A stretch of 64,000 nt of DNA from Candidatus Poribacteria bacterium (GTDB taxonomy: Bacteria; Poribacteria; WGA-4E; WGA-3G), in contig OZ243938.1 in the NCBI GenBank assembly GCA_965214095.1, forward strand, positions 3,392,001 to 3,456,000. The letters run 5' to 3'. This document shows positions 58,843-64,000 of the stretch, one piece after another; position 1 is the first letter of the stretch, and every line of letters starts with the position of its first letter. Both the position numbers and the translations under genes were made by a program. The notes below the pieces were generated by a model that was not told the origin of the DNA, made no database searches, and worked only from the letters and a program-made list of their open reading frames with translations.

Positions 58843-60318
58843 GTGAAACCTTTAGAGAATATAGAGAGTCTTGCCTATATCAGTCCAGAGATTGTCCTTG
58901 TAGTGTTCGCTGCAGTAGTGATTATCTTTGATCTCTTTGTCAAAGATCGTGAAAGTGATTGGGTCGCATATCTATCACTCATTGGACTTGGATGTTCACT
59001 AATTGCAATCTTCATCACAAATTCGCTTGTTAACACAAATGAGCCAATATCCCTATTCTTAGGGATGATACGGTTGGATGGATTCGCGATATTTTTCAAA
59101 ATCCTGCTGTTACTGGCGACAGCTGCAACTATCCTTTTCTCCCTCCGTTCTGAAGAACTTGATGTCAGATTAAAAGGCGAATACCACGCCTTGTTGTTAG
59201 CCATTACATTTGGCATGTTTCTGATGGCATCTTCAACGAATCTTCTGATGATTTTCATCTCATTGGAGACGGTAAGTCTTACATCGTATATTCTTGCGGG
59301 ATTTTTGACCCACAGTCCCCGTTCAAGTGAAGCAGCGTTCAAATATATCACTTATGGCGCAGTAGCATCCGGAACGATGTTATTCGGGTTATCACTCTTA
59401 TTTGGTATGGCAGGAACAGGAGACATTACACAGATTAGTTCACAGATTGCAACTGTGCTGGAATCTGGAGATGTGTCTGCTCTCGGTGTGCTTATTTCTA
59501 TCACTTTCATTCTGGCGGGTATAGGTTATAAAATCGCTTCCGTTCCATTCCACATGTGGTCACCCGATGTCTACGAAGGTGCACCTATACCAATAACTGC
59601 ATTCTTATCAGTTGCATCAAAAGCCGCAGGTTTCGCGCTGTTTCTCAGATTTTTCTACACAGGATTTAACACTCCTGAAATCATACAATCGATTGACTGG
59701 GCTCTGTTATTAGCAATTGTTTCAGCACTCACGATGACTGTAGGAAACCTCGCTGCTCTTCCACAACAGAACGTCAAACGTTTATTAGCATATTCAAGCA
59801 TCGCTCACGGTGGGTATCTATTGATGGGTGCAGTATTGTTGACATCTGAAGGACTTGGTGCCATTATCTTCTACCTCATTGTATATCTCTTCATGAACTT
59901 AGGTGCATTTTATGTTGTCGTCCTTATAGCGAATGAATCTGGTAGTGAGATGATTGAAGGTTTTCGTGGACTTTCCTCACGTGCGCCTTATGTTGCAGGC
60001 GCAATGGCAATCTTCCTATTTTCACTCACTGGTATTCCACCCTTCGCGGGTTTCTTTGGGAAATGGCTCTTATTCAACGCTGTTATCAGTAAAGGCTTGT
60101 ATTGGTTAGCGTTCATAGGATTGTTAAATAGTGTCGTATCTCTTTATTACTATGCCCGCATCATAAAAGCGATGTATCTTGAATCTGCTGAAGATACAGA
60201 TATTTTCTCCTTTTCTAAGAGCACCTTTGCACTCTTAGGTGTTTTTGTTATTCCCACAATTCTCATCGGATTTTTAAATATCTTTTATTCCCTCTCTGAA
60301 AAGATAACCCTACAGTAA
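58843..60318 (+). CDS. nuoN: NADH-quinone oxidoreductase subunit N
   Basis: PFHMWSPDVYEGAP and KRLLAYSSIAH. Confidence 0.96.
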   Translation: MKPLENIESLAYISPEIVLVVFAAVVIIFDLFVKDRESDWVAYLSLIGLGCSLIAIFITNSLVNTNEPISLFLGMIRLDGFAIFFKILLLLATAATILFSLRSEELDVRLKGEYHALLLAITFGMFLMASSTNLLMIFISLETVSLTSYILAGFLTHSPRSSEAAFKYITYGAVASGTMLFGLSLLFGMAGTGDITQISSQIATVLESGDVSALGVLISITFILAGIGYKIASVPFHMWSPDVYEGAPIPITAFLSVASKAAGFALFLRFFYTGFNTPEIIQSIDWALLLAIVSALTMTVGNLAALPQQNVKRLLAYSSIAHGGYLLMGAVLLTSEGLGAIIFYLIVYLFMNLGAFYVVVLIANESGSEMIEGFRGLSSRAPYVAGAMAIFLFSLTGIPPFAGFFGKWLLFNAVISKGLYWLAFIGLLNSVVSLYYYARIIKAMYLESAEDTDIFSFSKSTFALLGVFVIPTILIGFLNIFYSLSEKITLQ

Positions 60319-60339
60319 ATATGACTATCCGCAAATAGA

Positions 60340-60369
60340 TTGACAGGGCAGCATGCTTTAAGGTATACT
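60340..60369 (+). promoter_or_regulatory. tRNA promoter
   Basis: TTGACA-N18-TATACT, 15 nt before tRNA-Gln. Confidence 0.7.
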
Positions 60370-60384
60370 TAAACTGAAAGTCAA

Positions 60385-60456
60385 TGCCCGGTCGTCTAAT
60401 CGGCAGGACGCATGGCTCTGGACCATGTAGTGAAGGTTCGAGTCCTTCCCGGGCAG
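60385..60456 (+). tRNA. tRNA-Gln(CTG)
   Basis: Acceptor TGCCCGG/CCGGGCA, anticodon arm CATGG-CT CTG GA-CCATG, T-loop GGTTCGAGTCC. No encoded CCA. Confidence 0.93.
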
Positions 60457-60507
60457 TCATTTATCACTGTTTCTGTCGTGTCGTCTTACAAATAAAGAGG
60501 AGATGAA

Positions 60508-60942
60508 ATGGAACGGGTTGACACTTCACCTGAAGATTATATCGCAAGCCAAGAACCTGAAATTCAGTCAGTCTTAGACAAACTTCACACACTCATTAGA
60601 ACTGCATTACCGGATCAGGACATGTGTATGTGGGAAGGGGTTTTCTGGGGTGGTAGTGAACAACGGATTATCGGATACGGCAACTTTTCCTATGTTCGTT
60701 CAGATAAGAAGAAAGTTGAGTGGTTCTTGATTGGATTGACAAAACAGAAGAATTACTTTAGTATCTATGTGAATGCGGTTGAAGGGAAGCAATACTTGGC
60801 AGAAATCTATAACTCTAGACTCGGCAAAGTCAAAACAGGTAAAAGCAGCATTAGTTTTCGTAACCTTGATGACATAAATCTTGATGTGTTACGTGAAATG
60901 ATTGAGCATGCTGATAGACTAACAACTGAAAACGACTCGTAA
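60508..60942 (+). CDS. DUF1801 (YdhG-like) domain protein
   Basis: IIGYG...QKNYFSIY...LGKVKTGKSSISF. Confidence 0.85.
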   Translation: MERVDTSPEDYIASQEPEIQSVLDKLHTLIRTALPDQDMCMWEGVFWGGSEQRIIGYGNFSYVRSDKKKVEWFLIGLTKQKNYFSIYVNAVEGKQYLAEIYNSRLGKVKTGKSSISFRNLDDINLDVLREMIEHADRLTTENDS

Positions 60943-60997
60943 ATTACACAAAGTACAACTTTTATAGGAATTCCATCCGAATAAAAATAACTTTTGT

Positions 60998-61065
60998 GCC
61001 GCTATCATCGGTTAGGACAGATGGTTCTCAGCCATCAAACCGGGGTTCGATTCCCCGTAGCGGTA
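60998..61065 (+). tRNA. tRNA-Glu(CTC) with an incomplete D-arm (possible pseudo-tRNA)
   Basis: Acceptor GCCGCTA/TAGCGGT, anticodon arm GATGG-TT CTC AG-CCATC, T arm CGGGG-TTCGATT-CCCCG. Only 68 nt; the 5' D-stem strand is absent. Confidence 0.8.
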
Positions 61066-61078
61066 TTACTTTTCATTT

Positions 61079-61103
61079 ATGGACGGGACCAATACCCGTC
61101 CAT
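61079..61103 (+). terminator. Hairpin, possible terminator after tRNA-Glu
   Basis: ATGGACGGG-ACCAATA-CCCGTCCAT; the U-tract is weak. Confidence 0.5.
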
Positions 61104-61159
61104 TGTCTTAAGGCGTGAAACCATTTAACACTGACTGCCATACACTGGAGAATGCATAC

Positions 61160-63229
61160 ATGCAGGATACCCCTAAACACACCAACCGACTAATTCACGA
61201 AACAAGTCCTTACCTACTCCAACACGCGCACAATCCCGTTGACTGGTATCCGTGGGGTGAAGACGCATTGGAGCTTTCAAAACGCGAACAGAAACCGATT
61301 CTGTTGAGTATCGGTTATTCCGCATGCCACTGGTGTCACGTGATGGAACGCGAGTCCTTTGAAAACGAGGATATCGCTTCAATTATGAACGATCTGTTCG
61401 TGAACATTAAAGTAGACAGAGAGGAACGTCCCGATTTAGATGAGATATATATGAGTGCTGTCCAAGTTATGACACGTCACGGTGGATGGCCTATGACTGT
61501 GTTCCTAACACCAGACCTGAAACCGTTTTACGGTGGTACTTATTATCCACCTGAAGATAGATACGGTAGACCAGGATTTCCAAAAGTGATGCAAGCCGTA
61601 TCAGAAGCATTCAATGAAAAAAACGAGCAGGTATTGGAACAAGCAGATCAGATCACTACGCAGCTCAATCAGATGAGCAATCTTGTGGATCCTCATGAAC
61701 ATGAACTCACTGAAGAACTTATGGATAAAGCATTCCAACATTATCGTTCCACGTTTGATTCGCAATACGGTGGATTTGGGAATGCCCCCAAATTTCCACC
61801 CAGCATGGGACTCCCCTTTCTACTCCGTTACTGGCATCACAGTGGCAACGAATATGCATTAGAAATGGTTGAACTTACATTACAAAAGATGGCACGCGGT
61901 GGCTTGTATGACCAACTCGGAGGCGGTTTCCATCGATATTCTACGGATGAACGTTGGCTCGTGCCACATTTTGAAAAAATGCTATATGACAACGCGCAAC
62001 TTGTTGTCGCATATTTTGAAGCATACCAAGCTACACAAAATACTTTCTATCTTGATATTGCTACAGAGACATTAGACTATGTGCTACGTGAGATGTATGA
62101 CTCTGAAAATGGTGGGTTCTATTCTACACAAGACGCTGATAGTGAAGGTGTAGAAGGTAAATTCTTTGTTTGGGAACCTAACGATGTAGAAGATATTATC
62201 GGTGAAGAGAACGTTGAAATATTCTGTGAATATTACGACATCACACCCCAAGGTAATTTTGAAGGAGAGAACATCCTCCATGTTCAAACACCTATTGATA
62301 TCTTTGCACGAAAGATAGGAATGGATCTTGAACAACTTGAAGCACTCCTTGCAGATTGTAGACAGAAACTTTTTGATGAGAGAGAAAAACGCATCAAACC
62401 GGGATTGGATGACAAGATCCTGACCAGTTGGAACGGCATCATGATCCGTGGTATGGCGATGGGATATCAGTTGACAGGAAAACCAGAATACCTTACTGCA
62501 TGCGAAAAATCTGCTGAGTTTGTCCTAACAACACTTTCCCAAGAAAATGGACTCCTTTTACGCACATATCGTGCTGGCAAAAGTCACCTCAACGCATATC
62601 TTGAAGATTACTCTTATTTCATAGCAGGTTTGATCACTTTATACGAAGCAAGTTTTGAACCTAAGTGGTTGACTGAAGCGGAACGTCTTGCCAACATTAT
62701 GATTGACCAATTTGGTGATCCGTCAAATGAGGGATTCTTCTTCACAGGGAAATCGCACGAAACCCTCATCGTGCAATCAAAGTCTGCTTATGACGGTGCA
62801 ACACCTTCTGGCGCATCAATGGCTATCCATAGTCTATTGCGACTTGCCAAGCATTTGGACAAACCCGAATTTCATGACAAGGCTGTAGAGACGTTGAAAC
62901 TCTATTTTCATCAGATGGATGTGATGCCATCAGGTTCTGGACAGTTGTTGTGTGAGTTAGCGTTTTTATTGTCTACACCGAAAGAGATCGCTATAATTGG
63001 TGAAAAAGAGGGAACGCAAACCAAAGCGATGTTGGATGCATTACACAACATTTACCTTCCCAATAGAGTTATCGCATTGAGTGATTCTAAAGATGGTAAC
63101 ACCTTGCCGCTCCTCGTAAATAGGTCGCAGATAGATAACACTACCACTGCTTATGTGTGTGAAGATTATGTCTGCCAAACACCGACAACTGATGTTGACG
63201 TATTCTTGCAGTTGTTATCAGTAGAATAA
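61160..63229 (+). CDS. Thioredoxin-domain / six-hairpin protein (YyaL/DUF255, SPATA20-like)
   Basis: [33 protein letters not shown] and PHFEKMLYD. Confidence 0.92.
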   Translation: MQDTPKHTNRLIHETSPYLLQHAHNPVDWYPWGEDALELSKREQKPILLSIGYSACHWCHVMERESFENEDIASIMNDLFVNIKVDREERPDLDEIYMSAVQVMTRHGGWPMTVFLTPDLKPFYGGTYYPPEDRYGRPGFPKVMQAVSEAFNEKNEQVLEQADQITTQLNQMSNLVDPHEHELTEELMDKAFQHYRSTFDSQYGGFGNAPKFPPSMGLPFLLRYWHHSGNEYALEMVELTLQKMARGGLYDQLGGGFHRYSTDERWLVPHFEKMLYDNAQLVVAYFEAYQATQNTFYLDIATETLDYVLREMYDSENGGFYSTQDADSEGVEGKFFVWEPNDVEDIIGEENVEIFCEYYDITPQGNFEGENILHVQTPIDIFARKIGMDLEQLEALLADCRQKLFDEREKRIKPGLDDKILTSWNGIMIRGMAMGYQLTGKPEYLTACEKSAEFVLTTLSQENGLLLRTYRAGKSHLNAYLEDYSYFIAGLITLYEASFEPKWLTEAERLANIMIDQFGDPSNEGFFFTGKSHETLIVQSKSAYDGATPSGASMAIHSLLRLAKHLDKPEFHDKAVETLKLYFHQMDVMPSGSGQLLCELAFLLSTPKEIAIIGEKEGTQTKAMLDALHNIYLPNRVIALSDSKDGNTLPLLVNRSQIDNTTTAYVCEDYVCQTPTTDVDVFLQLLSVE

Positions 63230-63313
63230 GTGAATGTAAATACAACTATCGTCAAGAAAAGAAGATAATCTTATAAGATACATCTTGTTCGTAGGATATA
63301 GGGAGGAAAAGAA

Positions 63314-64000
63314 TTGAAGTATATTGCATGTTTCCACGTATTTCTCATACTCTTAGTTGGTTTTCTAATCGGATGCGGAGAAAGTGAAGAACGAGAACCG
63401 ATTATCCCAGTTGTGACGTTAGAATTCTTGGGTTACTCAGATACTGACAATGTCCAGTTCTCAATAACTGTGAAGCCGAATACTCTAGAGTTACCGGTAT
63501 TGGTTGTATTCACCTCAGAGGGAAAAGAACCTTTTCATGTATGGAATGTTCACAAAAGAGGTCCAATAACACAGATTTTTTCGGAGCGACTTGATACCTC
63601 TGTCACTTGGGAAGTTTCTATTGTTGCATATTCGGAGGAAATTACTAAGGAGTATCCTTTGGGACTTTCAGGCATCTCCGTAGAAGCTCTAAGCGAATAT
63701 GTGTTAGGTGAAGTTTCACGAGTTACAACAACTCCGTTAGAGATATCTGTTGAGAATGAGATTGTTATCCCAGAAGGTATGGTGTTGATTCCAGAAGGTG
63801 AATTTCGAATGGGTAGCGATGCAGTAGAAGCAGGAGATAATGAAAACCCGGTGCATACAGTCTATGTAGATGCCTTTTATATAGATATACACGAAGTGAC
63901 TGTAGGAGAGTATAGTAAGTTTGTCAGAGAAACAGACAACAATGCGTTACCGCCGGGATTGGATGAACGGTCTCCTACCAATGAACATCCCGTCATAGGT
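63314..64000 (+). CDS. Lipoprotein with an FGE-sulfatase (formylglycine-generating enzyme-like) domain, 3'-truncated by window edge
   Basis: RBS GGAGG, TTG start, lipobox LIGC and MVLIPEGEFRMGS...PVHTVYVDAFYID.HEVT...HPV. Not in the ORF track because there is no stop in the window. Confidence 0.85.
   Translation, partial: MKYIACFHVFLILLVGFLIGCGESEEREPIIPVVTLEFLGYSDTDNVQFSITVKPNTLELPVLVVFTSEGKEPFHVWNVHKRGPITQIFSERLDTSVTWEVSIVAYSEEITKEYPLGLSGISVEALSEYVLGEVSRVTTTPLEISVENEIVIPEGMVLIPEGEFRMGSDAVEAGDNENPVHTVYVDAFYIDIHEVTVGEYSKFVRETDNNALPPGLDERSPTNEHPVIG

Noticed and set aside
60385-61065. Integrative element at the tRNA genes
   Set aside because: No integrase and no duplicated tRNA 3' end were seen in the window.

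Overview
Bacterial window that most resembles Candidatus Poribacteria. This is inferred from a secreted protein ending in KLTTTWGEIK, a giant TPR/LamG protein, PhyH, sulfatase and FGE genes, and very repeat-rich intergenic DNA. Housekeeping content includes an 11-subunit complex I operon (nuoABCDH-orf-IJKLMN, no nuoEFG), tRNA-Gln and a D-arm-defective tRNA-Glu, ugd, ogt, a PLP gamma-lyase, a YyaL-like protein and an XPB-like helicase/DUF790 pair. Three accessory features stand out. (1) A minus-strand nuclease island at about 12.4-21.4 kb is bracketed by two copies of a promoter + SWIM zinc finger + PD-(D/E)XK-TM-thermonuclease module and encloses HNH, DUF4041/T5orf172 and HsdR_N genes; it is a candidate undescribed defence system. 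(2) An apparently intact IS607 element carries a Fanzor2-like TnpB whose reading frame overlaps all of tnpA; it sits at a GG dinucleotide in a lipoprotein gene that can be reconstructed in frame. (3) Intergenic DNA is built from miniature inverted-repeat elements with ends resembling several IS families, almost all carrying GTAG-type REP hairpins, and one family makes 19-36 bp direct repeats. All family assignments come from motif recognition by eye; no searches were run.
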